Assembly: GCA_964234715.1 (NCBI GenBank)
Contig: OZ174286.1
Source: Podarcis melisellensis
Taxonomy: Eukaryota
Length of the DNA stretch: 64,000 nucleotides
Strand: one strand, 5' to 3'
Every line of letters starts with the position of its first letter. Position 1 is the stretch's first letter. Below, piece after piece: positions 1 through 12,820 of this stretch. The notes beneath the pieces were generated by a model. It searched no databases and had not been told where the DNA came from. It was given only the letters and a program-made list of their open reading frames with translations. The position numbers were made by a program, and so were the translations under genes.

Positions 1-396
1 CGAAAACAGACTCATCAAGCTGTCTTCTTACAGAAATTCCTTGGTAAAGACTCTGCATACTAGCCCACAGGAGGTTTCGCACCTTCCAAGTCACTGGACA
101 ATGCTGATTTCTTTACTCTATCTATGATGTGTGGCTTGACCTAGCCCTGTAAGACAAAGACACTTATAATAAGGTGTTGTGAAGACAAAGCCCTTTCAAA
201 TTCAGTTTTACCCAAAGTGATGGGTGCAAAAGAAGATGTCACTAAGCAAATTATTTGTTAGGGAGCTTTTTAAAACACAGATCCCTAACCAAGTGCAATT
301 GATGTTTCTAGTGCCTTTGCTAGTGCTCATTTCCAAAAGGAGATACTAATTTCTCCCAGCCTGCCTTCAGCTATCTTTGTTTTATATTGGAACATT

Positions 397-397
<1 letters not shown>

Positions 398-442
<45 letters not shown>

Positions 443-465
443 TACTACTACTACTACTATTATTA
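398..465. repeat. (ATT)n/(ACT)n microsatellite
   Basis: Tandem trinucleotide run; source of the poly-N/poly-S ORF 327..620. Confidence 0.95.
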
Positions 466-470
466 ATGCA

Positions 471-793
471 GGGATGCAGGTGGCGCTGTGGGTTAAGCCA
501 CTGTGCCGCTTGGGCTTGCTGATCGAAAGGTCGGCGGTTCAAATTCCTGCGACGGGGTGAGCTCCCGTTGTTCAGTCCCAGCTCCTGACAACCTAGCAGT
601 TCAAAAGCACGCCAGTGCATGTAGATAAATAGGTGCCGCTCCAGCAGGAAGGTAAACAGCGTTTCCGTGCACTGCTCTGGTTTCGCCAGAAGAAACTTAA
701 GTCATGCTGGCCACATGACCCGGAAGCTGTCTGCGGACAAACGCCAGTTCCCTCGGCCAGTAAAACAAGATGAGCGCTGCAACCCCAGAGTCA
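471..793 (+). mobile_element. Sauria SINE, 3'-truncated
   Basis: tRNA-like head GGGATGCAGGTGGCGCTGTGGGTTAA...GGTTCAAATTCC; body motifs GTAGATAAATAGGT and CTGGCCACATGACCCGGAAG. Confidence 0.9.
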
Positions 794-2019
794 TTTGCTC
801 CCTGCTGACTGACAAGGAGATAACGCTTTGTTTGCACATGCTAAGCAACAGAAAATGATAGCGCCTTGTTTGCAATAGTTGGCTGCAGCCAAATTAATAA
901 AGCACAGACTATCATACTGATTTTGTGGTTAGGTAGGTAAGTGTGTGAAGAAGGGGGGGGGGGTGGAATATATATGGATCTGGGCTTAATAGAACAGCCT
1001 CCAGACAGAACTTTTGACCGCTAGTTAAACATTTATCAGGAGCTTGCGTTTGCAAGCTGCAAAAAACCAAGCTAATCAAATTCCACTTCAACTGACTATC
1101 CAACTTTATTGCTCCATAGTGACACTAATTTCATCAAACAATTAAAGAAGGAAATCCGCACTGTTACTAAGAGGATATTGGGTTGGCTATTGCTTTCCCC
1201 GAGATTTAATAAAGCTATTAAGAGATGCAACTACAAGGATTGATGTATTTAAAGAAATAGGGGAAATTCACACACCGCTTCTAAAAATCTGTAAGAAATC
1301 CAGCAGGGCCAGAATGCAGCTGCACGAATACTCTGGGTGCCGCACGGTCAAGCAGTTTTGGTTGCAACCACTATTATTTTAAATGTCGTGGGTCAGTTCT
1401 TCACAGCTATTATCAACCTGCCAACACTCTGAGGTCAGCAATGCAGATCTTTGCTGCAGAAGCTCCAAGATTCTGGCATTCATAGCCCACCAAGATCTAT
1501 CAAGTCACAACACTGCAGCTTTCAGGAAACACCTGGAGACATACCTTTTCTCAGAGGTTTTAGGTGTTGTTATCGGAAGCAGACCTTAGTGACTTTCTTT
1601 TCTACTTGGCTATATTTTGGTCATCTTGACAGTTGCCAGTTTTTTCACATTTTACCAATGAGTATTTGCTTATTTTTTGCATTTCACTGGAATGTTTTAT
1701 AAATCATTGTTAGAGTTTTGTTTAACTTCATATAGTTGTTTGTCACCTTCTGGGAAATTTTCTAAAAGGCAGGACATGGATTTATCAAATAAACCAAACA
1801 AACAACTTTACACGTTTCGTACTCCATAGCTACCTGGTCCTATTATGAGATATAAATGTAAAAGACTTGGATTTAATTTCTTTTCTTTATTTATTTTTTT
1901 GCTGGGGATACCTAATGTTTTGCTAAAATCTGTCTTGTGCGTAATCTGCTTATCAATAAAAGATGTCAGTACATTTATTAAGAATCAGCAGTGTTTAGCT
2001 GAAAGGGTATTGTCAAGAT

Positions 2020-2246
2020 CAAGGGTAGGCAAACTAAGGCCTGGGGACCGGATCCGGCCCAATCACCTACTAAATCCTTTTACATGAGAAGAATGTGTGC
2101 TTTTATTTAAAATGCATCTCTGGGATATTTATGGGGCATAGAAATTCGTTCATTCCCCCCCCCCGCCCCCAAAATATAGTCCAGCCCCCCACAAGGTCTA
2201 AGGGACAGTGGACCAGCCCCCTGCTGATAAAGGTAGCTGACCCCTG
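2020..2246 (-). mobile_element. Non-autonomous hAT (Charlie-like) MITE
   Basis: CAAGGGTAGGC...GCTGACCCCTG ends; perfect 8-bp TSD GTCAAGAT (2012-2019, 2247-2254); same family as 51047 and 53849. Confidence 0.85.
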
Positions 2247-2766
2247 GTCAAGATGAACAGAAATCTAGTCTACATAGGGAAAGTCATGTATAACTATAAC
2301 TGCATTTTTTAAATGTTTGGGAAATACTATCTTACAGGACTTATTACCCAAAGGCATCAGATTGATCATACAATGAATAGAGAGAGTGATAACCCTTGTC
2401 CAGCTGATTTGATTGGATCAGCTGAGGAAGAGGGGTGTGGTCTTTGAATGCTGGTGTGCTCTATACAAGCAAGCGTGTGTGGTGACTACACCAAATACTT
2501 GCATGTGGCCCTTGGTGTGTTGGCCAAGATGGAATGTAGAAAAAAAATGTTAGCCACCCCTAGAAATTGTCCAGGATTAACTGTGGGGGGAAAGCTCCCT
2601 ATACCCAACGTCAGCAAAGCCTGTCCCTTATCATGGCATAATCAAGCCCGCTGGAAGAAGTGGTCAGCACACACAATGCCAAGGAGCCTCTCAAGTCCAG
2701 AAATGCCTATGCTTTGATTAATTTCATCCAGTATAAAATATATATACTATTAAGAAACAACCTTAC

Positions 2767-2857
2767 TTGTTGCCAACTATGCTAAATAGTGAAGAGTTTT
2801 TCCATCTAACCACTTTTAAGTCAAGACTTTGGTGCGGAAAGGGAGCATGGAAAGTCG
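2767..2857 (-). other. Candidate internal exon (91 nt) of the minus-strand gene, probably 5' leader
   Basis: Minus strand ttgttttattttcatttttgcag|CGACTTTCC...GGCAACAA|gtaagg; strong polypyrimidine tract and consensus donor in non-repeat sequence. Confidence 0.5.
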
Positions 2858-4406
2858 CTGCAAAAATGAAAATAAAACAACACCCACAGGACACCCGCTT
2901 TGTCAGTGAATTCTGCACCAGGACACCCAAGTTGATGGATACCAAATAAAAAACTGAAGAGTTTAGGAAAGGCAATTATGAACTTGCCCGTTTGCCCTCT
3001 GCTCTAATGAAGATGAGACGTTTCTCCAGGAGAAAGAGTCAGGCTACAGAAAAATGAAACTTCAAGAGTAAATAAAGGACTCAAGGCATGAAATTAAACA
3101 CTACATCCAGAATCTACAGCAAAAGCTTCCAACATCCTAGGTTCCTTCCCCCCTGCCAAAAAAAGGACCACATTCCAGCAAATCAGCTTGATTGCTCATA
3201 AATACACGTTATTCTCAGCACATTTCTTCTTTAAGGTTATTTGGAGAAGCTCTGGAAGGTTAAGATTGGGATGGAAGGTGAAATCAGCTTATTCCAAAGA
3301 TAAAACTTTATTTCCATCTTTTATTATCCTCCACGAATGTTGCCTTACTCTTGAATTTATTGTTAGTGCGGGTTGCTAGCAGATGTCTGTAATATACTTT
3401 GAATACTTCTGCAAAAACTGCACATACTGATAAATAAAACGCTTCCACTTTTTACCCAGCATATGGCTTTATTCTTTGATATTTCTATGAAAACTATTCC
3501 TTTTCCAAAACGAAAACTTCAGCAGAATCCCCAAACTCAGCCATATTTCAGTCTAATAGTAACTGTGCTACGTTTCCAGTAGTATTGCACTGCATATATA
3601 ACAAGCAGTTATGCCCTTCAGAGTCTCCTTTGTAGTTCCTAAAGTAACGGTGTGCTAACATTTAACTTTCTTAATGGATGTAAAATGCATTTATAAATAC
3701 CCGCTTGAGGATTTGTATTAAAACAACAGCAGAATTGTTTGGTTTGGCGAAACCATGCACTTGCCAATTAAAGCTCAGAATCTTCAAAATTGAATACTAT
3801 ATGCAATGAGGGCAGACAACTCATAACCTTCCAGATTTTTATTCATTCATTCATTCTATTTACATCCAACAGTGGGTGGCTTGGTAGGGTTGTCACCATG
3901 TTTGCACTGTGCCCGCCTCCCCACCACCTTGCCACTCTCCCTCTCCTTGCCTGTAAGTTGCAGTGACTCAGCCATCATGAGCTCAGGTGAGCATCACTGC
4001 CCCACCCCACTATCCACTACTGTTTATATCCCACCACAACTGGTCCATGCAGGGAGGGCGGCAACCTGGTACACTTGCCCAGGGTTTCCGATGGCTAAGC
4101 TGGTCAGGGGGTCCCACCAGGGACCGGCCGTTTTTTCGTTTTGTTTCTTTTCATTTCACTTTTAAATTTTACACCATCTTTTATACCACAAATACAATTT
4201 CAAACACAAACCTTCAAATCCTTCCATCTGAACATACTGTTATCCAAATGCCTGCTGAAAGAGCAAGGCTTTCTGTTGGTGCCAGAAAACATACAAAGTA
4301 GGAGCGATCTCTGGAGATCTTTGAGTTCTGGAACTCTGCCAATGATAGCACTCTGAAGAGCCTCTGCAGTTGACCTCAGAATCTGGGTAGGACTTGGGGT
4401 GTGGGC

Positions 4407-4680
4407 AGGGGCATAGCTAGTTGCTCCGGTACCGACAGCGGTAGGGGTGAGGTGATCCACCCACGGGGCGGGGCGATCCACGCACAGGGGTGCCACGGCG
4501 AACCGCACACAGGGGCACCATGGCGATTCACCCAGTGCAGTGAGCTGCCCACGGAGTCCACCTGGCGGACGCAAGCCCCATGTTGCCATTTCGGGCAGCG
4601 CAGGGCCCCAAGCCACCACGTGACTCCCAGGAGAGGTGCGTGGCTTGGGCACGCTGCAGGCCAGGCCCCACAGTGTGCCA
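4407..4680. mobile_element. GC-rich hAT-like non-autonomous element, degraded
   Basis: Starts CAGGGGC; internal motif CACCACGTGACTCCCAGGAGAG shared with the remnant at ~17770-17890; right end uncertain. Confidence 0.5.
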
Positions 4681-7600
4681 TTTTGTTAGCCCTCTCAAGG
4701 TTGACACCCGGGCCAGGCCACATTCCCCTTCCTATTTCCCTGGGTGCAGGGAGAGATGTTCCTTCAGATACCCAGGTTGTTGGACTCACCTCTAAGTACT
4801 GGCCATGTTGACTGGGGTTTAGGGGACCTAGAATCCAATAACATACAGAGATCCACAGGTTTTCTGTTTCTGTTTTATGCAATGTTGATTAGAAAGACCA
4901 ATGCTTTAAGCGTCAAGTCATGTTCATCTATCTTTAAAAAAAATAAAAATCCACACGTTGTCACAAGTCACTCCTCTGCTGGCTAAAGCAAGTGGAGTTT
5001 TCCATCTTACCCCTCAGAAGGCAGATGAGATGGGGGGGGTGCAAACAGGACTGTGTAAGAAACACAAAAGGATGTGTGGCAAAAGCAATAGCTCTAGCCA
5101 GAATCAAAAAGTTAAAAGGTGTACTGGCAGTTTCTGGCCTGCAGAAATTATGCTGAGCACTTTGTACATGCTTGCCCCATGAAAAACATTTGCACGCTAT
5201 TTTTTAAATCCTTGACTACAGATTGAAATCTGCAAGGAATGGCTGGGAGATTGGAAGAGGGGGTCTTCCCCCCCCCCCAGTTTTTTGGCCCCTGTAATAA
5301 AGTGCTTGTGGGTCTTTTGTGCAGTATGAACAAAGTGTGGTGTACTTTTTTGAGATCAGTCTTGGCCCACATCAGTTTTGCAGGCCAGTGCATGTGGGGT
5401 ACTCCTGCTAATTTTCTGCATTGCCCAGTCTCAACATTTCATAGCAACTATGCTTTCCTACAGCCTTTTGAAACAATTCTCAACTACACCTGCACTTCGA
5501 AGGTTACAGATATTTATAATCGCATCATACATACATTACGGATACCTTATGCAATTCAGAAACTCCTTAAAGCCTGGGGGAAGAGGGTAATAGAAACATA
5601 TATATAGAACATACAAAATGGTACCCGGAGGCTGGCAATTCAAAAAGCCATAAAATCCATTAAGGATATTTTAAAGAGCATTTAATTTCACTTGGAAGCA
5701 TTTTGATACCAATTAAGGCCTTTATGGAGAGCCCTAATGCATATAAACAAAAAATGGAGTTTTCCAGTAGAGCTATGAGGCGGAATGACCAGGATTTGCC
5801 AGATCCATTGTGATAAATGACTCGCTATGATGCAAACTATAAAACTTTTTTTATATATAATAAAAAACAAGTCAGAACAATTATAAAATTGATGCTATAG
5901 ACACAATGATGAATGGAAGAAGGTGAAGTGTTAGAAGACCTAGCACCATACACAAAAATCATTGATTTTTCTTTGATTACTGCTTAGGTGATCAGAGTGT
6001 ATTAGGTACTTGTTGTCTGCCTGCCCTGTGTTTTATTAATGTCCCAGATCAGACACCCAATTTGGAAATCAATGCTTACTTCATCATTTTTTCTCTGAAA
6101 GCTTCTATTATTCACAATTGATTTAACAGAAATGAAAGGCTTACCATTAACAAGAGCCAGCTGCTGACACTTCGAAGATGAATTATTGAACTTCTGAAAG
6201 TGAATTAACTGAACCATCATCAAGACTATTGTTTGATGTTACTCCTACTGAAGCCAGCATAGTTATAATCACAGAAGCGACACAACCCAAACTAGCCTCT
6301 GGGTCCCCTTCCCAAACCAAAAGTGAAGAAGAGAACAGGAAAACCAGAGAGAGCTGGACCTGAATGTCTCTTTGCCTTCATTGGTTTTACAGATTCCTAC
6401 CAATTCATCTCAAAATGTGGAGACAAAGTTACTTCAGCATTCAAGCATATACTTCTTTTGTTATAAAAGGGCATACGGTATTTAAGACCGCCAAATATTT
6501 TTAACTGAATGATAAAAATCCAGATGTCAGGAAACATAAACAACGGTTTTGTGCCTATTCAAGTTTGCTGCCAGAGAAAAGAAAGCCTGCAAGACCACTC
6601 CCATTATGTTAACTCTCCAGCCTAACCCAAAATCTACATAAAACACATACGTTCTTTTGATTCATAAATTAGGCAAGAGAATTTCATCTTAATTTCAAAC
6701 AGCTGAAGTTCTACGCATTTCCAGTTGAGAGACAGTGGCATCAGCCTTGATGGTCTTAAGAAAAAAGACTAGAGAGCTACTAGTTGTAGGTTATTATAAA
6801 TAAAAAAATGATTCCTTATAATTGATTCTGTGTGATGAGAACAGGAGACATTCAGATTTCTCCTGGCCAAATATTCTACCAATAAATAGATACAGACACT
6901 TTGCCAATAAACATATAAATTAATCAGGCTTTCCTTATTTTTGTGTTTACTGGACATAGGGGTCAACTAAAGCACATATATGCTCATCAAATGCTTGATT
7001 CAAAACGTGATTAATTCATAAAAATCAACAATTTTTTTATTCCCACAGCCAACTTCATATATATCAGAAATCCAATTCTCAAAGAGTGGCAAATCCCCAG
7101 CAAAATTTGCTTGCTTTATTCTTTAGGCCAAGCCAGATGTGATATGAAAGATCCAGATTTAAGATTTCCCACATTTTTTATTTCATTTTTGTTCATTAAC
7201 AGCCACAAGTAGTTTTAGGAGGTAGTACTATGCAGAAGAGTATTTAACCCTTTCTCAGATGCAAATCACTCTCCCTGCCCAGCAGTTGTTAATAGCTTCA
7301 CAGGGTAATCTGCCCTTGTTTTTTCGCCCTGACCAGATAATAGTTGCTGCAGAAGGCAGGATTTATATCAAGGGGAAAGCATGGGAGTAATGGATTAAAC
7401 GTTCTCTCCTAGAGCATCAGATCCGCAAACTTCAAAGCTTCCCTAGGGGTCTCCTAATGAGCAAAATAAAAACCATGGGAGAGTCTAATCACAATCTCCC
7501 ACCAGTGCTTAAAATATGTTTATTTGGGATACTAGTTGCACAAATACACACTCTCCCTCTGTCAACCTCACATAAACATTGAAGAGCATATTAACTGAAT

Positions 7601-10252
7601 TATGTGTTCCTGCACTTAATGTTAACTTTTCACTGGACAAAATGTCTATTTCTGAATTGGTCAGGTAGCTGATGTGGTGTTAAGGCACATGCAACGGTGC
7701 TAAGGCACATTTCTCCAACCATGCTCCCAGCTCCTTGATTATGTGTTTCTGTGGATTTCAGTTGGTATATAATTTTAGCTTTTTTAAAAGTGTCCTTATT
7801 TCTACACCTGTTGGCTAGAGAAAGGACACAGTCTATATAAAGAATTCCTGCCACTCAGGATTCCTCAGAATTTGGTTCTAACTGACAGTTAATATAATCC
7901 AGCCTAATATACTCACAATGGTACATTTATGTACATTTATAAATATATCCAGCGGAATTATCTTAATTGTAATTGATCATGTGTGAGATCGGTTACATTT
8001 TTCTCCAATAAATGTACCTCTAATCTAATCTTGAAATTTCCCCAGGTCACACAATTTATCAGTTTGGGGAGAGCTGGAAATTCCAAAAGGTTGCCTGACT
8101 GCCATTTCCAAGTAAGACATCATAAGGTTTGCCAACCATGATTTAATAAATAAATAAATAAATAAATAAAGGGTTCACAACATTTAAATAGTTTAGAACT
8201 GAAGCCAATTTTTTTATACTAAGAAATCTACATCTACAAAATCAACAAGGGCAGTTTCTCAGCCATTTTACCCACCTCAAAAATCTACTGTTTTGTTTTG
8301 ACTGAATAATCATAGGCTTATTGAATAAGCTGAAAAGTTTGTGGCCAAAGGCACTCGTCTGCGTTTTCCAAGTCACACTTTGAGGGAGGGACCTAATAGA
8401 CATGAGATATACTTCTTCAGCTAGTTGTTACAGTAATTTATAGGACACAACGGCAGATGCAGAAGGCTAAGTGCTTTGGGGATGCTGGACATGCCACAAT
8501 GGCAAACTGGAGGCGAGTTCAAAAGTTCAGTTTGCAACTGTCATCACATGTTGCATGATGCCTGACATGCAGAACAGATAAAGGCCTGGGAGTGATAAGA
8601 GGTAATTGTGACTAATAACTTCTCACCTGACACACTGTTGACAGCACTTCCACACATTCGAGTTATCAAAGTGATCGTGTGAATAATGTAATGTATGAAT
8701 TCACACTTAGGAATCCTATCTCCGATAGGGAAAACTCGGGTTCCCTGTGCTATATTGCAAGAGACCAAATACAGATCTTTCCATGTAAGCTTGTCAAGAA
8801 GCTGGTGGAAGGAAAACACACAAGATGAGACAAGGTGAGAAAGAAAGGGATACATCTGGCGGTCTGCGTATCTTTGTACGCCACAAGAAAAAGAATTAGG
8901 GCACTGCAATGCGGATCTGAGAATGCAGCCAATCAAATAAAAATTATATGGTCCTTCCATCTCCAAAAGACTCACTCTCAAGCATAACTGTGGACAAAAC
9001 CAGGACTTATCTGAATTTTAAAACAGTAGCAAAGGGGTTATCCTGAACTACTGGCCATGCTTGTTGAGACTGTTGTGGGCAAACTTCAACAACAGCCAAC
9101 AAGCCACAGATTCCCCACCCCTGCAATAGTGGCCAAGTACATCAGTTTATATTTTCCACCCCTCCTGCATATTCAAACCAAGCTCCAACACGTTAGGAAA
9201 GGGCTTCTTAAGGTCAAACTACACACATATAGGACCTTCCCTCCCACGGCTGGTAGCATTAGGGCAATGATATTCATCCCGATCCTACTTATGTGTCCTC
9301 CCCCACCAGCATAATCTAGTTCTGATTTTTTTAAAAAATAAGCATGTACATTATTTTCACACAATTACTTGAGTGTGTACCTTGATTCTTAGACAAGGCA
9401 ACTTCGAGGGAAATTTGAGCCCTTCTGCTTCTTCTCACCTTTGACATTAAGCCAGGCACAGCTCAATATTAAGAAATGCTTAATGCGCACCACTGTCATA
9501 GCCAATGAATTGTTCCTAGGCAAATCCTCCTTCCCTCGTGCAACAGAAAGCAGAATTTCGTGGCACTGACAATTGTACGCCTTGGTTCAATTGCTGAGAA
9601 TACTCTTACAATTGCTCACTTGAAGAACATCCCTTTACTGTTGATTAACATACTGTAGCTAAAATAGCTCAAGCATTGTTGCATACAGCAGAGTACTGGG
9701 CTGGTTCACATAACCTAACCATGGTTAAGCAATGCGGAGAAAGCCATGAAATTACATACTTCCAAACCTCCCTTCCATAGAATGAATTCCACCACCACCC
9801 TTCCCCTTAATTGTGTTAAGCGTTACACCAACATAAAACTTTAGCCATGGTTAAGTCTACATAGACACAAATAGTGCTTTTGTCTAGAAAGATAGGTGCC
9901 AGTACTCACCATGAAGTTGTTACAGTAAGTGTCACACTTTTTAACAAAAAAAGAGAGGTGCCGGTATTGCATACTCGAGTACCCCCTGGAAAAAAAGCCC
10001 TGGATACAAATTAGCATCCAATTCTGGTACCTTCTCAAGGAGGAACCTTGGTTGGCCTGAATCATGTTTAATGACAGTGCCAAATGCCCTCTTTAGAGAG
10101 AGTGGGGACCATTTAGGCTCCAAAAGAAGAGGAGTCAGCATGCAAGGCCAGCTCCTGATTGCTTAACAATGGCAACATAATCCAGAATGTTACATGTCCA
10201 CCAGGTCCATAACTTGATTCTTCTTTTAGAAATATTTTAAAGCTTAGCTTAC

Positions 10253-10325
10253 CTCTCATTGCACCATAGCAACTGAAAAAGAGAGGGAAAGGAGCTGGGA
10301 AGATGGCACTTGACATGACTTCCAC
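10253..10325 (-). other. Candidate internal exon (73 nt) of the minus-strand gene
   Basis: Minus strand ttctttaacttccttcctctttttctag|GTGGAAGTC...AATGAGAG|gtaagc; very strong acceptor and donor. Confidence 0.6.
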
Positions 10326-12133
10326 CTAGAAAAAGAGGAAGGAAGTTAAAGAACAAAACAACAATGTGGTTGACATTCCCAGCCTCCATCATCATATAGA
10401 ATCATAGTAAAAACAAACTCCTAGTAATCACCTCCTGTCCCATGAAAATGGCTAAAGGAGGCACTGAGTTTAAATGAGTTAATTTGTAACGTGTTCCCTT
10501 TCTTTGTACAGTAATTATATCCTGGAAATATAAAGAGGACAGTATGAATTCAACAACTGGGTATATGGGGGGGAGGGGGAAAACTCTAATTAACCAGTGT
10601 GTGTTTCATTTTATAATAAAATCTATTTTATGAACGTATCATACATTGAAAGCAAGACAATGAGCTCAGCAAACTATTTTAGGAAAACTGGTAGAAGGCA
10701 CTATTAAATGTAAAATTAGAAAGGTTATAGAAGAAGAAGTCTTGCAGAAGAACCAAAATTGCTGAAGAAGAACCAGGGTGGCTTCAGCAGCAGAAGGCCT
10801 TCAAGGGGTTGGAGGAACTACCCTATGAGGAAAAGTTACAGCGCTTGACATTTTTAGTTAAGAAGGTGACGGCACAATCCTAACCCCAAGTAGACAGTGG
10901 TGGGTGACAGAATGGTATAGCCACTCTTGAATCTGCAGACTTGCCACTAGCAATGGGCAGGGCAGAAGGCGGGGAGCAGGCACCAGTCTGGAGGTGGCAC
11001 GCTGATGAGGCTGGCCTTGGCCCAATGCCATCAAGCAACAACTGGCCGGGTGGCTCAGCATCCAGACTCCAGGCTGCCTCTGTCCTTCTCTATCCCATTT
11101 TGTAGTAATGGCCACAAACTTAAGACTATTTTTAAGGAAATTAAACCAATTTATGGCAAATAAGGCTATCAGTAGTTACTAGTCATGATGGCTGAGTACT
11201 ATCTGAGTACAGTACAACTTGCAACTCTCAAACGTATGCTAGGGTTACATTCCAGAGATAGCACCTAAAGCCAAAGTCAAGTGTAGTCAAAACTCACCAG
11301 GCTCAATGGCAGGTGAAATTGCTAAAGGGTTTATTTTTTCCCCTGGACATCCGCCCCCTTTTTGCTAAGTATGTAAAGCTTTTGCAAGCACATGAGTTAA
11401 AGGTGCATAAGTTGCAAAGTACAAAAACACTTCTTGCAGCTGGCTTTCTACATTCTGGTCTGCTGGTCTTGCAGAAAGGTAGGTTGTTGTTTTTTTGCCA
11501 GAGACAGCATTTGGAAGAACTGCTCACAGCAGTGCATAGTCACAAATTGTGAAGCAATTTTAAGTGTAGGGTTCCTGAAGGTTGGAAGTTGTTCTGAATA
11601 TCTGCATCCTCTCTCTTTTCACACTTCTACTGCCTGGCCTTTAATTTGATCAGGGCTTGCTAGCACGCAGGTCAAATTTTTATTCTATGTTTTGCTGTAC
11701 AGAAACATGCAAAACATTAAGCTGAATTTGAACATTAACACATTGTCCTTTTTAAAAAATTACTCACCAACAGATCACATACAATAAGACACACACCCTC
11801 AAACAAACTCTAGCAAAAACAAATTTCAAGCTATTTTCAAAAAGGCAGCAAATGCAAACTAGTTGCGGGTTCGCTTCCTATGACAACCTCAGGGCAACAA
11901 AAGATAATAGGAATTCCTTCAAAGGAATATGTCCAGAGCAAAGACAATCCTCTGACTCTGGGTCACTGTTAGTCTTGAACAGCACAAGTAGGTTACGAAC
12001 AACAGGGAGTTCTGGTATGAAAACATTGGATCAATAACTGGCAGAAGTCCAGCCTGTTTGAACTGATCATAGCCAATAGATTTCATTTTTTAGTCAAGTT
12101 AGGGAGGAATGCCTCAATATCAGAGGCTCTGAC

Positions 12134-12417
12134 CAGTGGCGGAGCTTCATGCTCCGGCACCGGGGGGCAGAGAGCAGGCGGTGGCGGGGCTGGCGCACGT
12201 CCCGGGGGCATGGCGCACCACCCACAGGGGTGTGGCGCACGTCTTGGGGGTGCACCACCCCACCCACAGGGGCGTGAGGTGCATCCTGGGGGCGTGGTGC
12301 GCCGCCTGAGGGGGCATGGCACCCAGCGCAGGCCGGGAGCAGCCGTGATGGCACCCCACAAGGATTGCGCTGCCAGGGGCGGTGCGCTCCCCCTGCGCTC
12401 CTCTTCCTCCACCAGTG
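12134..12417. mobile_element. GC-rich hAT-type MITE with internal tandem repeats
   Basis: CAGTGGCGGAG...CTCCACCAGTG ends; perfect 8-bp TSD GCTCTGAC (12126-12133, 12418-12425); repeated CCACCCACAGGGG units. Confidence 0.85.
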
Positions 12418-12578
12418 GCTCTGACTATTTCTAGTCACTACAGGTGACCCAATGACACATCCTGAATCCAAGTACAGTAACGTAAAAAGGAAATAAATTT
12501 TGACAAAGAAAATATGTAATGAAATGTGTGTGTGTTAATGAAATACATATAAGATACAAAAATCCATATACATATGTA

Positions 12579-12820
12579 CAGTGGTACCTCTGGTTACGAA
12601 CTTATTTCGTTCCAGAGATCTGTTCTTAAGCTGAAACCAATCTTATCCTGAGGCACGTTTTCGCTCATGGGGTCTCCTGCTGCGTGTGCACCTCCGGTGC
12701 ACAATTTCTGTTCGCATCCTGGGGCAAAGTTCGCAACCAGGAGCAGCTATTTTCGGGTTAGCAGAGTTCGTAACCTGAAATGTTCGTAACTAGAAGCGTT
12801 CGTTACCAGAGGTACCACTG
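12579..12820. mobile_element. Tc1/mariner (Tigger-like) MITE
   Basis: TIR CAGTGGTACCTCTGGTTACGAA / TTCGTTACCAGAGGTACCACTG with flanking TA. Confidence 0.9.

Noticed and set aside
4200-4882. Overlapping 130-170 aa ORFs (similar cluster at 12083-12471)
   Set aside because: Products of GC-rich MITE sequence
6080-6200. Small AG...GTAAG exon-like units here and at ~28700, ~51700 and ~59640, plus plus-strand acceptors at ~32704 and ~33428
   Set aside because: Weak polypyrimidine tracts or no matching partner site, and no recognisable peptide; such motifs are expected by chance in 64 kb
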